Of a stretch of DNA of 64,000 nt, positions 1-13,302 are shown piece after piece; within the stretch, counting starts at the first letter, position 1; each line of letters starts with the position of its first letter. This DNA is from a virus. The position numbers and the translations under genes were made by a program. Under the pieces are notes generated by a model. It did not search any database and was not told the DNA's origin. It was given only the letters and a program-made list of their open reading frames with translations. Where the stretch lies: positions 3,806 through 67,805 of the IMG/VR virus record IMGVR_UViG_3300027747_001027; one strand, given 5' to 3'.

Positions 1-31
1 CAGCCTGGGCTAAGGAGAATGGATACATATT

Positions 32-436
32 ATGACTCAGAAAGAACTACTACTGGCATTCCCTAACGCATCAAAATCATTTATACAAGCCAATGCAACT
101 AAAACTAAAAGTCCTATACAGAACCCCATCGCTAAACAAGACTATGCGCCAGCACTGGGCGGTCCAATACAAGGAAAAGAACATAGCCTGGGACGCGCTA
201 CTGGGCGCATTGAAGTCCGCTTCACTCTGTTCCGAGTCCGGTGTCTTGATCCAGACAACGCCGCAGCTTCAACAAAGAATCTACTCGACGGCTTGCGACA
301 CGCTGGATTGCTACCTGAAGACAACCCGTGGACAATCAAGCTCCAAGTCGAGCAAGAAAAAGTCAAAGGATTCGACAACGAAAAAACAGAAATAGAAATT
401 AATTATCCCATTGACTATTGGGAAACAATAAAATAG
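32..436 (+). CDS. rusA: RusA-like Holliday junction resolvase
   Basis: LDPDNAAASTKNLLDGL...PEDN matches the RusA DxDN..K...D.L....DD pattern. Confidence 0.7.
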   Translation: MTQKELLLAFPNASKSFIQANATKTKSPIQNPIAKQDYAPALGGPIQGKEHSLGRATGRIEVRFTLFRVRCLDPDNAAASTKNLLDGLRHAGLLPEDNPWTIKLQVEQEKVKGFDNEKTEIEINYPIDYWETIK

Positions 437-513
437 ATTTTTGTCGCTGGGCTTTTTGGCCTATGCTTGTGTGTTCATTGTGGGGTGGAGAGGGATAAAA
501 CCTTCTCCACCTT

Positions 514-777
514 TCAATTTTTCAGTTTAAAGAATCCTGTCTTTCTAACACAACCATCAATAGTTACATCGAAATTCTTGTGTTGAAGTCCAGCTCTATC
601 CATTGCATTTTTTGCAGCGCAACGAGACTTGTTTAGTTTAGATGAGATTTCAATGACAGAAATCCATCCATCTTTCCTTAGTGACTCAATCGTGTGAGCT
701 TTGTTTTGAGCGAATAAGTCCTCCCAAGCAGAACTTATAGCGGCAACATCCAAGGGTTTGAGCGTTTTCTTTCGCAT
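514..777 (-). CDS. hypothetical protein, possible HTH (MRKKTLKPL...)
   Basis: Start trimmed to internal ATG; overlaps the end of the phosphoesterase gene. Confidence 0.55.
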   Translation of the reverse strand: MRKKTLKPLDVAAISSAWEDLFAQNKAHTIESLRKDGWISVIEISSKLNKSRCAAKNAMDRAGLQHKNFDVTIDGCVRKTGFFKLKN

Positions 778-1475
778 ATATTTATTGTGATTTGTGTGTC
801 TGTGTAATATCCGTAACCGAATCCTTGTGTCCAAGCTAACGTCTGACGTTTCGTCTTGGCATAGTCAGCACCGAATCTCATAAGCATACCAACCGAGTAT
901 CCAGTAGCGCCATCAAGCGTCCTAGCCTGCTCAATACCAGTACGATGTATATGCCCCATCACGCACGTCCCAAACGTCTCCGCATGATCCCTGATGGCAG
1001 CCACGTTGTACATGAATCCGTGGATAAAGCGTGCGCCACCAATTATTGGATGGTGCTGCATATCATATGGATATGTCCTAGCCTTGAGTGACTTAGCAGT
1101 CTTTTCAATTTCTTGTATAACTAGAGTTGCAGCATGAGCGGCTAGAGCGTTAGGTGAATTAGCCAGCCGGAACAATCTGTCCTCATGGTTGCCATATAAG
1201 ATATGATTTGGACGAAGCTCCTGCAAAAAATCAACACCCGCTGAAAGGTCTTCAGCTACCGATGCCGCCCTGTCCGAAGCATTAGGGTCATTTATTGCTC
1301 CAGAACGGGCCGCTGCTGCGTCAATGAAGTCTCCTAGATGGATGGTAGTATTTGGCTTGAAACGCTCCTTAAACCTAAGCACAGCGTCCCTAGCTTCTGG
1401 GTCAATATGATCTCCGTGTGAGCAGCTAACTGCCATCCACCTCTTCCATTGTTTATTTATTGCTGTCATGTTCAT
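735..1475 (-). CDS. calcineurin-like metallophosphoesterase
   Basis: Motifs SCSHG (in place of DxH), GDFID, GNHE, HG, GHIHR. Confidence 0.85.
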   Translation of the reverse strand: MNMTAINKQWKRWMAVSCSHGDHIDPEARDAVLRFKERFKPNTTIHLGDFIDAAAARSGAINDPNASDRAASVAEDLSAGVDFLQELRPNHILYGNHEDRLFRLANSPNALAAHAATLVIQEIEKTAKSLKARTYPYDMQHHPIIGGARFIHGFMYNVAAIRDHAETFGTCVMGHIHRTGIEQARTLDGATGYSVGMLMRFGADYAKTKRQTLAWTQGFGYGYYTDTQITINICERKRSNPWMLPL

Positions 1476-1695
1476 TTATGAGTTGAATTTTGGGACACGG
1501 AAAATCATCCATGCTAAACATTGGCTCTCCGGTTTCTTTTAAATGAGGGAAGTGACGGAGGCAACTATATGCTCTTGCCTTTAGTTCAGAAACTTTCTTA
1601 GGCCGACTTTCTGTGAATAGAAGGTCACGAAGAAACTTCTGTGTTTTAACTAAAGAATTATATTGTTCGTATTTTAAGCTGATAGAGTTACCCAT
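1453..1695 (-). CDS. small conserved phage protein
   Basis: In operon; ARAYSCLRHFP motif. Confidence 0.6.
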   Translation of the reverse strand: MGNSISLKYEQYNSLVKTQKFLRDLLFTESRPKKVSELKARAYSCLRHFPHLKETGEPMFSMDDFPCPKIQLINEHDSNK

Positions 1696-1701
1696 CCTTT
1701 C

Positions 1702-1989
1702 TTAAGACTCATATAGAAGTTCGTTTGGGAACTTATTTAGCAACTGCATCAGCGCCTCTTCTCCGGCGATAATTGCATCCTCGTTAAGCTGTGGGAATAC
1801 AGCATGAAGAACTTCGTGAATTGAAGTTCCGAGTACATGGTCTGGATCTGGCGTTACGAATATCTTTTTCTCTTCAGAAACGCAAAGGCCAATGTCGTCT
1901 TCCTCAATTCCAATGTAATCGTTGGGAGACGGTTTCTTGAAAAGAACTTTCCACTTTGCTCCGTCAATTTTTATGAAGATTCGCTTCAT
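1702..1989 (-). CDS. small HExxH zincin-like protein
   Basis: IGLC...IFV...TSIHEVLHA. Confidence 0.7.
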   Translation of the reverse strand: MKRIFIKIDGAKWKVLFKKPSPNDYIGIEEDDIGLCVSEEKKIFVTPDPDHVLGTSIHEVLHAVFPQLNEDAIIAGEEALMQLLNKFPNELLYES

Positions 1990-1998
1990 GTTGATAGG

Positions 1999-2026
1999 AT
2001 GCTAACAATAAATGTGAACAAGTCAA
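1999..2026 (-). promoter_or_regulatory. sigma70-type promoter TTGACT-N16-TAGCAT
   Basis: -10 box ends 9 nt upstream of the ATG at 1989. Confidence 0.55.
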
Positions 2027-2057
2027 AAAGAATTTTAATGAGATTGCGTAAGTAACT

Positions 2058-2342
2058 CTACCACTTAACTTTATTTGCCCAATACGCAGCAGATGTTTTA
2101 CCTTTAGCTATATTCTTTGCATGACGAGCTTTGAATGATGCCCTCCGCTTACGATCTGCCTCAGACTCTCCTTCGCGCTTTGGAGATCCAGATACACCCT
2201 GTTGCCCAAACCTAATCGTTCTTGGTTTTCCGTTATCACTCACAAGAACTACATGTGACTTTGCTGCTCCAGGCGTTCGTTTAGGCTTATTGACACCTGA
2301 CACACCAAGCCTTTTCATTGCCGCCTTAATTGCATCACTCAT
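2058..2342 (-). CDS. basic conserved phage protein
   Basis: IRFGQQG...RRASFKARH...SAAYWA.KVKW, a family I recognise from aquatic phages. Confidence 0.75.
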   Translation of the reverse strand: MSDAIKAAMKRLGVSGVNKPKRTPGAAKSHVVLVSDNGKPRTIRFGQQGVSGSPKREGESEADRKRRASFKARHAKNIAKGKTSAAYWANKVKW

Positions 2343-2515
2343 AGCCTTGACAGGTTATCTAAGTAGCTTGAGCGTGTTTTGACTTGAGCAACTTCCTTCT
2401 TAACCTCAACAACCTCGATCTTAGGTTGATCTTGGACAGCCTGCTGTTCAGAAACGTTAGGCTTGCTATCTTTCTTGATCAGAAATACACGTCTTTGAGT
2501 TGATTCTTTATTCAT
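2339..2515 (-). CDS. small hypothetical protein (MNKESTQRR..., 58 aa)
   Basis: Hand-translated; ATGA overlap with the next gene. Confidence 0.5.
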   Translation of the reverse strand: MNKESTQRRVFLIKKDSKPNVSEQQAVQDQPKIEVVEVKKEVAQVKTRSSYLDNLSRL

Positions 2516-2516
2516 A

Positions 2517-2669
2517 TTAAATTTCCTTTGTAAGTGCTTCTCGGATGATTTGTTTCACATGGGCAATTTGCCTAGCCTTGAGGCACTGCCTTAGAATATC
2601 TTTTAGCTTTAAGTTTTCTTTTTGTAAATAGAGAACGTCTCCATCTTGATTGTTATTTTTATCTGTCAT
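2517..2669 (-). CDS. small coiled-coil protein (MTDKNNNQ..., 50 aa)
   Basis: Hand-translated; fills the gap after the endolysin. Confidence 0.5.
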   Translation of the reverse strand: MTDKNNNQDGDVLYLQKENLKLKDILRQCLKARQIAHVKQIIREALTKEI

Positions 2670-2674
2670 AATTG

Positions 2675-3229
2675 TTAAACAATAAACTCCTTGCTAAACT
2701 TCAGCGCATTGTCCCATCTGTTCTGAAGACCAGTCCAGAACTGCTTTCTAGCTCCAACTGGAGGGGCAATACGGATCTCGTATGTCTCTCTGGCTTTACG
2801 AAGTTTCTCTAATAGTTCTGCTGGAGTCCCCCTGCCCATAGCCGCCTGAGTAATTGGCCCCCACTTGCCATCGTCAGGAACACCAAGCGCAATCTGCAAT
2901 ACTCTGAGCGCACCTTTAGCTCCGCGATTAAACACAGTGTCACGAAGGAATGCCTCAACAGCAGGGTTACGTGTCCAGTTAGCAACAACGTCCGTGTAGT
3001 CCATTAGATAGGCTTTAGCGTACTCTTCGGCTTCCCAGTACTTACCATCAGAGATAAGGTTTTTAAGCTTCCTAGCAGCCTCTGGGTGATAGCGATCATT
3101 GATTCCGGCAACCTCGTACGACCCCCCGCCATCAGCGGCAGGTAGATCATAGACCTTTAGGTTACCTTGCTTGTCCCTTCTGGCTTCTGAGTCCAAGATG
3201 AACTTAGCCATGTCGATTTTTTGTGGCAT
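2675..3229 (-). CDS. endolysin, glycoside hydrolase 108-like with peptidoglycan-binding motif
   Basis: DGGGSYEVAGI, DTVFNRG, LQIALGVPDDGKWGPIT, FWTGLQNR. Confidence 0.85.
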   Translation of the reverse strand: MPQKIDMAKFILDSEARRDKQGNLKVYDLPAADGGGSYEVAGINDRYHPEAARKLKNLISDGKYWEAEEYAKAYLMDYTDVVANWTRNPAVEAFLRDTVFNRGAKGALRVLQIALGVPDDGKWGPITQAAMGRGTPAELLEKLRKARETYEIRIAPPVGARKQFWTGLQNRWDNALKFSKEFIV

Positions 3230-3231
3230 AA

Positions 3232-3693
3232 TTAGAATTCAGCGTATCCCCTAATTTCTCCCTTGATTGGAATTAATACAAAACTGCACTTTAAACTATC
3301 AATCAACCTAACAATAAATGGTCGATAATCTATTTGATCAGTAAAGCGAATTGGATTCTCATACCAAACATTAGATGGATAGACTTGCCCATACGAGCAG
3401 GCAACCATCATCAAAAGCAAACCAAATATCTTATTCCTCACAGGAGACGCTTTACGCACTTGGGCGTTTGGATTGAACGAACCACCAGGTATTGTCCTGC
3501 GAAGCGTTTTACGAGCCTTTACGCGCCCGTAAACAGCAAGTCCTGCGCCGATGGCTTCCATAGAAATAGTAACGATGTCCGTTAACTCTTCATTCACTAT
3601 GTCAACGTGCATACGTTTTAACACTTGAGCCAGCAACATAACGACGATTCCAATAATCGTCCGACTTTTCCACCATATCTTCTCTTCGTTCAT
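3232..3693 (-). CDS. holin-like membrane protein
   Basis: WWKSRTIIG..., two TM segments ending LAVYGRVKA, next to endolysin. Confidence 0.65.
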   Translation of the reverse strand: MNEEKIWWKSRTIIGIVVMLLAQVLKRMHVDIVNEELTDIVTISMEAIGAGLAVYGRVKARKTLRRTIPGGSFNPNAQVRKASPVRNKIFGLLLMMVACSYGQVYPSNVWYENPIRFTDQIDYRPFIVRLIDSLKCSFVLIPIKGEIRGYAEF

Positions 3694-3980
3694 TCCTCAA
3701 TACGAGAAAGCGCTAACTCAATAGCAAGATTTACTGCACTTGAAGATGCTTCAATGCCATTGCTGAATGCGGTTTTTTTAATTTGATTGATAGCCAGCCT
3801 GCGTTTTTGATCACCAGTCTTAGATGAATCACGTAATGACAAAACAACCTCTAGAGCAATTGGTAGAATGTCTTTAATAGCATTAGCTGTGCTATTTTTT
3901 AAAATGGGAATAATGAACTCCAGTACAGACTTGGATGTTCCAGTTAAAAGCGATAATGTTTTAACAATAATTGATTTCAT
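3690..3980 (-). CDS. lysis-module protein (LL-H holin-like C-terminus)
   Basis: TGDQKRRLA...VNLAIELAL. Confidence 0.5.
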   Translation of the reverse strand: MKSIIVKTLSLLTGTSKSVLEFIIPILKNSTANAIKDILPIALEVVLSLRDSSKTGDQKRRLAINQIKKTAFSNGIEASSSAVNLAIELALSRIEE

Positions 3981-4010
3981 ATAAATAATATATCAACGTC
4001 TTATTGAATA

Positions 4011-4193
4011 TCAATTTTTATTCTTGCGCCAATTTTTAACAATAACAGCTAGAGATGCAACGCCGACAACAATACCGATACAGAGTGAACCCACTCTAAG
4101 CCAAGCCTCAATCTCAGGGAGCAGAGAGATTCCCACCGATGCGGCGGTTGCCATGATTCCAGTTATTCCAGCGTTAAAAGAGTTAGTATCCAT
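4011..4193 (-). CDS. small two-TM holin-like protein
   Basis: Two hydrophobic segments and a basic C-terminus. Confidence 0.6.
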   Translation of the reverse strand: MDTNSFNAGITGIMATAASVGISLLPEIEAWLRVGSLCIGIVVGVASLAVIVKNWRKNKN

Positions 4194-4209
4194 ATTATTA
4201 CATATATTA

Positions 4210-4578
4210 TTAATTGTTTAAAAATTGTGAACTTACGAGTTTAGTATCAGTTGTACACCACTTCAACCATTCTTTTGCTACAGAGTCAGAATTATCCCAC
4301 CACGCTCTGAGGTTCATGCTTTTCCAATATGAGTCCCAAACCCAAAGTTTATTTTTACCAACTGGATATAGATAGCACGTCAATGCGTGACTGAATTTAG
4401 GTGTGTTGACGATAAGAACTTTGGCTTGAATCCCGCTTTGCTTCAGCGCTTGCGTCATGGCGATTGCCTCTGGTAAACAAGCGTTCTTATACTTTCCAAC
4501 AAACTCAGGTTGATCTATTGGAGGACTTGAAGTGCATCCAGCAATAGCAATTAGAATTATTGGAATTAAGTGTTTCAT
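4210..4578 (-). CDS. lipoprotein with transglutaminase-like Cys/His/Asp motifs
   Basis: Lipobox IAG-C; NACLPEA, SHAL, WVWDS. Confidence 0.55.
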   Translation of the reverse strand: MKHLIPIILIAIAGCTSSPPIDQPEFVGKYKNACLPEAIAMTQALKQSGIQAKVLIVNTPKFSHALTCYLYPVGKNKLWVWDSYWKSMNLRAWWDNSDSVAKEWLKWCTTDTKLVSSQFLNN

Positions 4579-4820
4579 TCCTCTACCCAAGTATAAACCC
4601 CATTGACAACCTTGAGAACAAACGTCCCTTGATCGCTGGGAGGAGTTGGCATGCGCTCGGCAACGAGAACTGGGTCTTCGTCAACGCGAACGTAAATTTT
4701 GCCGTCTGTAACATTGATCGCTATCTCTCTTTCAATCCACTGCGCTGTGCTTGGTTTAGCACCAGGGATTAAGCTCTGCAATGGGAGGATTCGTGATGGG
4801 ATTTCAGTTACAGACGGCAT
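4575..4820 (-). CDS. small fibre-associated virion protein
   Basis: EREIAINVTDGKIYV resembles fibre N-terminal attachment modules. Confidence 0.55.
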   Translation of the reverse strand: MPSVTEIPSRILPLQSLIPGAKPSTAQWIEREIAINVTDGKIYVRVDEDPVLVAERMPTPPSDQGTFVLKVVNGVYTWVEE

Positions 4821-4825
4821 TTTAT

Positions 4826-5515
4826 TTAGACTCCAAATTTAACGTTTCCGAAAAACTTAACAGGAGCTTGCAATTTGACAAGCGTTGGAGGAGGAGGAGT
4901 TGGAACCCATGCTCCATTTACGATTTCTCCACCATAACCATTATTGTTCAACTCGATTGCTTCCGTTCCACTTAACGCACGATTCCAAATACCAAAAGAA
5001 TCAATTTGCATATTGGATGGTTGCATTTCTCCAGAAGTTCCAATTTTAATCCCATTTATAACAAGAGTAAAGTCGTTGAAATTCAAATCTGGACATGGAA
5101 AAATTGCTCCATTTTTGTAAATTGTCGCGTTTGAATTACTAGCAGAAATAACAAAGTGATTCCACTCGTTTACTACCGCATTCGTTTGGTGGGAGAATCC
5201 AAACGGCCTCAAATCCAACCCTTCAACATAACCAATTGGCATATTGTTTGGGCCAAAAATGTCCATCTGATAGATAATATTCGGGTACATTTCAGCAGTA
5301 ACCTTTGCCCAGAAACTGAGTGAAAATTCATTCCAACTTGATCCGTCAAATTCTGCTGTTAAATATCCACCTGGGCCTGCTGCTTGAAAACAATTGCCTG
5401 TTTTTCCAGTAACAAATGAAACATCACCATTGGGAGTTAGATGTCTATTGTTGCCAGACGAGTCGGTGAGGTCTGAAAGTCCGTAAAAAGCGATAAGATT
5501 GTCTGTAAGTGCCAT
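4826..5515 (-). CDS. LamG/concanavalin A-like virion protein
   Basis: FSLSFW, NEWNHFVI, IYKNG, IDSFGIWNRALS. Confidence 0.85.
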   Translation of the reverse strand: MALTDNLIAFYGLSDLTDSSGNNRHLTPNGDVSFVTGKTGNCFQAAGPGGYLTAEFDGSSWNEFSLSFWAKVTAEMYPNIIYQMDIFGPNNMPIGYVEGLDLRPFGFSHQTNAVVNEWNHFVISASNSNATIYKNGAIFPCPDLNFNDFTLVINGIKIGTSGEMQPSNMQIDSFGIWNRALSGTEAIELNNNGYGGEIVNGAWVPTPPPPTLVKLQAPVKFFGNVKFGV

Positions 5516-5546
5516 AATATATTTTTTAAAAAAGGTTGTTAAAATA

Positions 5547-5582
5547 ACCCCCTGCCACTGCGTTGTGCAATGACAGGGGGAT
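5547..5582 (-). terminator. intrinsic terminator-like hairpin
   Basis: CCCCCTG...CAGGGGG stem with T-rich tail on the minus strand. Confidence 0.6.
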
Positions 5583-5601
5583 TGATTTTTAGTAGTTCAA
5601 A

Positions 5602-7395
5602 TTAGAACGTTCCACCACCGAGGATGAACCCAGTAAGTGTGCTAGTTCCAGAACCGACGATGTTTTGCGAAACAGTCACCGAGCCAACAACGTCGAGCGC
5701 AGTTGCAGGAGACTCAGTTCCGATACCAACAGAACCAGCAGAACCGACGTAGAGGGCAGTAGAACCTGCACCGCTGATCTCCATGCTGGAAGCTTGGAGG
5801 CTAACACCGCTGATGCTACCACCAGTGATGTTTACGTTGTTCGAGTTTTGAACCGACATGGTTCCAAGGCCAGCAATCGTGCTTTCAGCAGAATTAAGAC
5901 GACCTTCATGGTTGTCGGTAACGTCACGAACGCTCTGAACGTCTGCCGTGCGGTTTGAAACCTCATCAGCAAGATCACTTGTCAACTGAGCTTCGGCTGC
6001 TTCAGCGCGGCTAACTTCATTGTCAAGCTCGGTTTGGAGCGCAGAGATCGCAGCGGAACGTGCGGAAACTTCGTCTGCAATATCACTAGCGATTTCAGAT
6101 GCGAGATCGGAGATAGCTGTTTGACGTGCAGAAACTTCGTTGTCGATTGCAGTCTGGAGAGCGGACTCAGCGGCTTCAGCGCGTGTTTTCTCAGCAAGAA
6201 CAGCAGCAGCAGAGCTAGCAGTCAAGTTTGTGATCGTGTCCGTGATGGAACCATCAGCCGATTGAAAGGCATTGACAACCTCCGTCAAGGAATCGAGGGC
6301 AGCTGGATCAATGTTGCTCAGTACTGAATCAACTCGGCTGTTGACAGCAGAGATAGCTGACTCACGCGCAGTCGTCTCAGCAGAGATGGCGGCGGCGCGT
6401 GCAGTTTGTTCCGCAGAAATAGCGGCTTGACGTGCAGTAACTTCCGCAGAAACAGCAGCTTCACGGGCCGAAGTTTCGCTAGCGATGTCGTCAGCAAGAG
6501 CGGACTCAGCAGACTCAGCGCGGGATTGCTCAGAGCTAATATCGGACTGAAGCGAGGACACTGCATCAGTGAGATCGCTGGCTAGGTCGGCTTCAGCGGC
6601 TTGAGCGCGGCTAACCTCGTCAGCAAGGTCGCTTGCGAGTTCAGCCTCTGCATTTTCAGCGCGGCTAACTTCACTAGCAAGGTCGCTCTCAAGTGTGCTA
6701 ACACGACCAGTCAAGGTAGTAGCAGCGTTCTCAATCGCAACGATGTCGCTTTCAGCTACACTAACACGTCCCTCAAGGGCGCTTGCGGCAGTCTCAATAG
6801 CAGTGCTGCGAGTGTCGTTAGTGTTGGCGCGGCTTGTGAGGGTAGCAATGTCGCTGGCGAGTAGGTCGTCAGCAGCAATACGAGCGGCTTCTTCGTCGGA
6901 AATATCCGAAGCAAGAGCGGCTTCAGCGGCTTCGGCGCGTGTGCGCTCTGCACCAATGGCAGAAGTTGCCGATGTGCCAAGAGCAGAAATCATTCCGCTT
7001 AGGTCACCGTCAGCAGCTTGAAAAGCGGTAACAATTTCCGAAAGAGAGTCGAGGGCCGCTGCATCCGTGTTGGATACAATCGCGTCCACTCGTCCTGTAA
7101 GGCTATTTATAGCTGCTTCACGCGCAGTAACTTCTGCGTCAAGTGAAGACTGAACTCCACCAGTCAAAGACTCGGCGTAAGTACGTGTCGAGAAATGACC
7201 TTCACCAGCAATTGGGATGATGGCGGTAGCATTACCAGCTCCGTCATTACCAGTTCCGATATAGAGGATTGAGTCATTTTCGTTGTGTGCCAACTCAGCA
7301 GTAAGTGCTGTTGTTGGTGCTCCAGATCCTGCTGGATCACCGAGGAGACGATGGCGGTTAGAGAAACGTGTGCGATTGATGTCGTTATTAGGCAT
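5602..7395 (-). CDS. coiled-coil tail/head fibre protein
   Basis: ExxRAxAAE heptads, two ALDSLxEIVxAF repeats, C-terminal GIGTESPATALDVVG. Confidence 0.8.
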   Translation of the reverse strand: MPNNDINRTRFSNRHRLLGDPAGSGAPTTALTAELAHNENDSILYIGTGNDGAGNATAIIPIAGEGHFSTRTYAESLTGGVQSSLDAEVTAREAAINSLTGRVDAIVSNTDAAALDSLSEIVTAFQAADGDLSGMISALGTSATSAIGAERTRAEAAEAALASDISDEEAARIAADDLLASDIATLTSRANTNDTRSTAIETAASALEGRVSVAESDIVAIENAATTLTGRVSTLESDLASEVSRAENAEAELASDLADEVSRAQAAEADLASDLTDAVSSLQSDISSEQSRAESAESALADDIASETSAREAAVSAEVTARQAAISAEQTARAAAISAETTARESAISAVNSRVDSVLSNIDPAALDSLTEVVNAFQSADGSITDTITNLTASSAAAVLAEKTRAEAAESALQTAIDNEVSARQTAISDLASEIASDIADEVSARSAAISALQTELDNEVSRAEAAEAQLTSDLADEVSNRTADVQSVRDVTDNHEGRLNSAESTIAGLGTMSVQNSNNVNITGGSISGVSLQASSMEISGAGSTALYVGSAGSVGIGTESPATALDVVGSVTVSQNIVGSGTSTLTGFILGGGTF

Positions 7396-7478
7396 AATTA
7401 TTTTATTCTATTTTGTTTAGTTTTGTTTTGTATTGCGTGTTTTCTTGTACCACTATTGATTTTCATCAACAATGAAAG

Positions 7479-7691
7479 TTAATACGATCCGGCGACTTCA
7501 ATGTCAAGGAAGTTTTCAACTGGATCATTTAAAATATTGGGATGTTCCGGAAGCAAAGAAAGATTTACTTCTCTTTCTAATTTAACAAAATTACCAGATG
7601 GTGGTTGCCATGTATTAATATTTCCATCCCAAAGAATTGTATTTTCTAGCCATCCACCTTCTGAGTTTAAAACCGCATATCGTTGTATCAT
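7479..7691 (-). CDS. small fibre-associated protein
   Basis: YAVL...ENTILWDG...WQPP, typical follower of glycine-rich fibres. Confidence 0.6.
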   Translation of the reverse strand: MIQRYAVLNSEGGWLENTILWDGNINTWQPPSGNFVKLEREVNLSLLPEHPNILNDPVENFLDIEVAGSY

Positions 7692-7693
7692 AA

Positions 7694-11194
<3,501 letters not shown>

Positions 11195-11211
11195 ATAATT
11201 TTAAATTCTAA

Positions 11212-11364
11212 TTAAGATTGATTTGTTAATTCGTAAGTTTTCTCAGCAATCTTGTAAAGTAAAACTTGTTTTGAATCATTATTGTTAACAACAACTCCAA
11301 AATTCTCAGCTATCTTTAATAAAAGATTATGCTCAGAATCTCCATGTTCTGGGGCTTGCGCCAT
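11212..11364 (-). CDS. 50-aa protein paralogous to the fibre N-terminus
   Basis: Hand-translated MAQAPEHGDSEHNLLLKIAENFG...DSKQVLLYKIAEKTY. Confidence 0.7.
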   Translation of the reverse strand: MAQAPEHGDSEHNLLLKIAENFGVVVNNNDSKQVLLYKIAEKTYELTNQS

Positions 11365-11366
11365 AA

Positions 11367-11732
11367 TTATGCCAATCCTGCGCGTGATTTAAGTTTTTGA
11401 GCATATGACTCTTCTTGCTTCATATCATCACTCATTCCCTCATTCATCTCATGCTCGGAACCTTGCGGCATTTCTTCTTCTTCTGGAATTCCAATTGGAT
11501 ATCCGTCTATGGAAATTAATTCAAACTCTCCATTGCCGTAATATTTAACTTTAGCGAGAATTTCTTTCTCGTCACCTTTTTTCATCTCTGAAACGTCCAT
11601 TCCCTCTGGCGCTTTGAACATTACTTCTTCAGAGCATTTATCCATGCCTTCATCCATTCCATTTCCCATACCTTCACCATTACCACCCATACCAATCATA
11701 ACTGCAAGACCGCCTTTTTTACCTTCGTGCAT
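11367..11732 (-). CDS. acidic hypothetical protein
   Basis: ORF downstream of the capsid gene. Confidence 0.6.
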   Translation of the reverse strand: MHEGKKGGLAVMIGMGGNGEGMGNGMDEGMDKCSEEVMFKAPEGMDVSEMKKGDEKEILAKVKYYGNGEFELISIDGYPIGIPEEEEMPQGSEHEMNEGMSDDMKQEESYAQKLKSRAGLA

Positions 11733-11766
11733 AATTAATCTTTCTTTAAAGTTACAAAAATAGATT

Positions 11767-11798
11767 AGTGTGGAGAGGGTTAGAACCTCCCCACACTT
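11767..11798 (-). terminator. hairpin after the major capsid gene
   Basis: AGTGTGGAGAGG...CCTCCCCACACT. Confidence 0.6.
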
Positions 11799-11811
11799 GA
11801 TCCGTTAGCTC

Positions 11812-12999
11812 TTACGAGCAGGTTTGATACAGCGTAGCTGGGCTGCAACGGAGATGCATGATTGCATAACCCCATTCAGTGCGCTTTGGCTGGGAACCCT
11901 GCATGAACAGAGCGTAAAAGTAACCATTAACACCAAGGATGTTGTTGGCGTTATCTTTGTTGTTAATCCACATGAACTCACCACGATAGTTGACAGGATC
12001 AAATTTCAGGCCGGAACCTGGGCTTGTGATCACTTGAGCAACACGTGAGGTATAGACGTGTGGGTTGTAGATGAAGCTGACTTCATAAGCGGCAGAGCGG
12101 TATGCTGGGTTCACAACAGCCTTGTTGCCAGTGTTAGCTGGGGCAGTAGTGAAGAATGGCACACGGACAAACTCACCACCAACGAAGTTGTAGCGAGGAG
12201 CCTGACGATCAACCAAGTGGACGTATCCGCTGTAGCTGAATGCAGCGCCGAATGGCTTGATAAGCTCGTCAACCTGTGAGGAGAAGCGGAGATCCTGACG
12301 GATATCGGCATTCTGTTTCTTTAGGTAGTTGCTTGTTTCTGGCGAGCAGATTAAACCATACTGTGGCTCACCGTCAACCATTGCATAATGACCCTCAGCC
12401 GCATCACGGGAGAGATCAAGATAGAACTGATCAAGGATACCTTGGTCAAGAGCGTATGCAGGAGCTGCCGCTGGGAAGGCTTGGTTTGATCCACTTGTGG
12501 ACATAGCCAAAGTGTCGTTAACGTCTGTGACAACTTTGTTGCCAGCGAGACGAGAGAACTCATCACGATAACGGTTGCTCCAGAACCATTGGCTGTTCTC
12601 TTTGAGAACTTTGACTTCACCTGCGAGCTGCTCTTCAGCTTTCCATGCAGTACGAAGATCGTTCACGCAGAAACCTGGGGAACGGATAGCCGACTGTTGG
12701 AGGTTGTAGCTCTTAAGGGTACGTGCAAACTCAACAACTTGTGGAGTTGGGTTACAAGTGTTGCCGGTCCCATCGTTAGTTCCAACGTCTTCCCACGCAG
12801 TCGATGATGCGTTAGGAACGGTTGTGCGCTCTTGGATGAGGGTCTGGATGGATTCGCCCATTCCAGCAGGGAATGTGTCTTGTTTGACGAGACGATTCCA
12901 AGGGTCAGTTGCGATAAGTTTTGCGGAGATCATTTCACCGATACGTCCGGCTTCTTGTTGGAGCTGATTGTTAACATCAGCGAGATTATATTGTGACAT
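11812..12999 (-). CDS. major capsid protein
   Basis: 395 aa after portal and scaffold; FPAGMG, CVNDLR, GLICSPET; biased codon usage; followed by a hairpin. Confidence 0.8.
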   Translation of the reverse strand: MSQYNLADVNNQLQQEAGRIGEMISAKLIATDPWNRLVKQDTFPAGMGESIQTLIQERTTVPNASSTAWEDVGTNDGTGNTCNPTPQVVEFARTLKSYNLQQSAIRSPGFCVNDLRTAWKAEEQLAGEVKVLKENSQWFWSNRYRDEFSRLAGNKVVTDVNDTLAMSTSGSNQAFPAAAPAYALDQGILDQFYLDLSRDAAEGHYAMVDGEPQYGLICSPETSNYLKKQNADIRQDLRFSSQVDELIKPFGAAFSYSGYVHLVDRQAPRYNFVGGEFVRVPFFTTAPANTGNKAVVNPAYRSAAYEVSFIYNPHVYTSRVAQVITSPGSGLKFDPVNYRGEFMWINNKDNANNILGVNGYFYALFMQGSQPKRTEWGYAIMHLRCSPATLYQTCS

Positions 13000-13242
13000 A
13001 ATTTATATTTTTAAATTTGATTTAGTTTATGAACTACAAAAGCGTTTAAGTTGCCAACTATAGTTCGGTTCATTTTTTCTTTGGTGAGCCACATCAAAGA
13101 CCTTTCGGATTTATAAGCTCGGTTTGTTTACTAATGTTAAGGAATCAGCGATCCGTGTAAGATTTTTAAACAAGTCCTACAACTTGCACTTCGACAAATA
13201 CGTTACATTATTTAAGTATGCAAGAATTATTTTTAACAATAA

Positions 13243-13281
13243 TAAAAAAAATAGGACGGGGTTTTTAATCCCGCCCTATTC
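13243..13281 (-). terminator. intrinsic terminator after the scaffold gene
   Basis: AATAGGGCGGGA...CCCCGTCCTATT followed by a T-run on the minus strand. Confidence 0.65.
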
Positions 13282-13302
13282 ACTCTACACACAAATGCAA
13301 CG

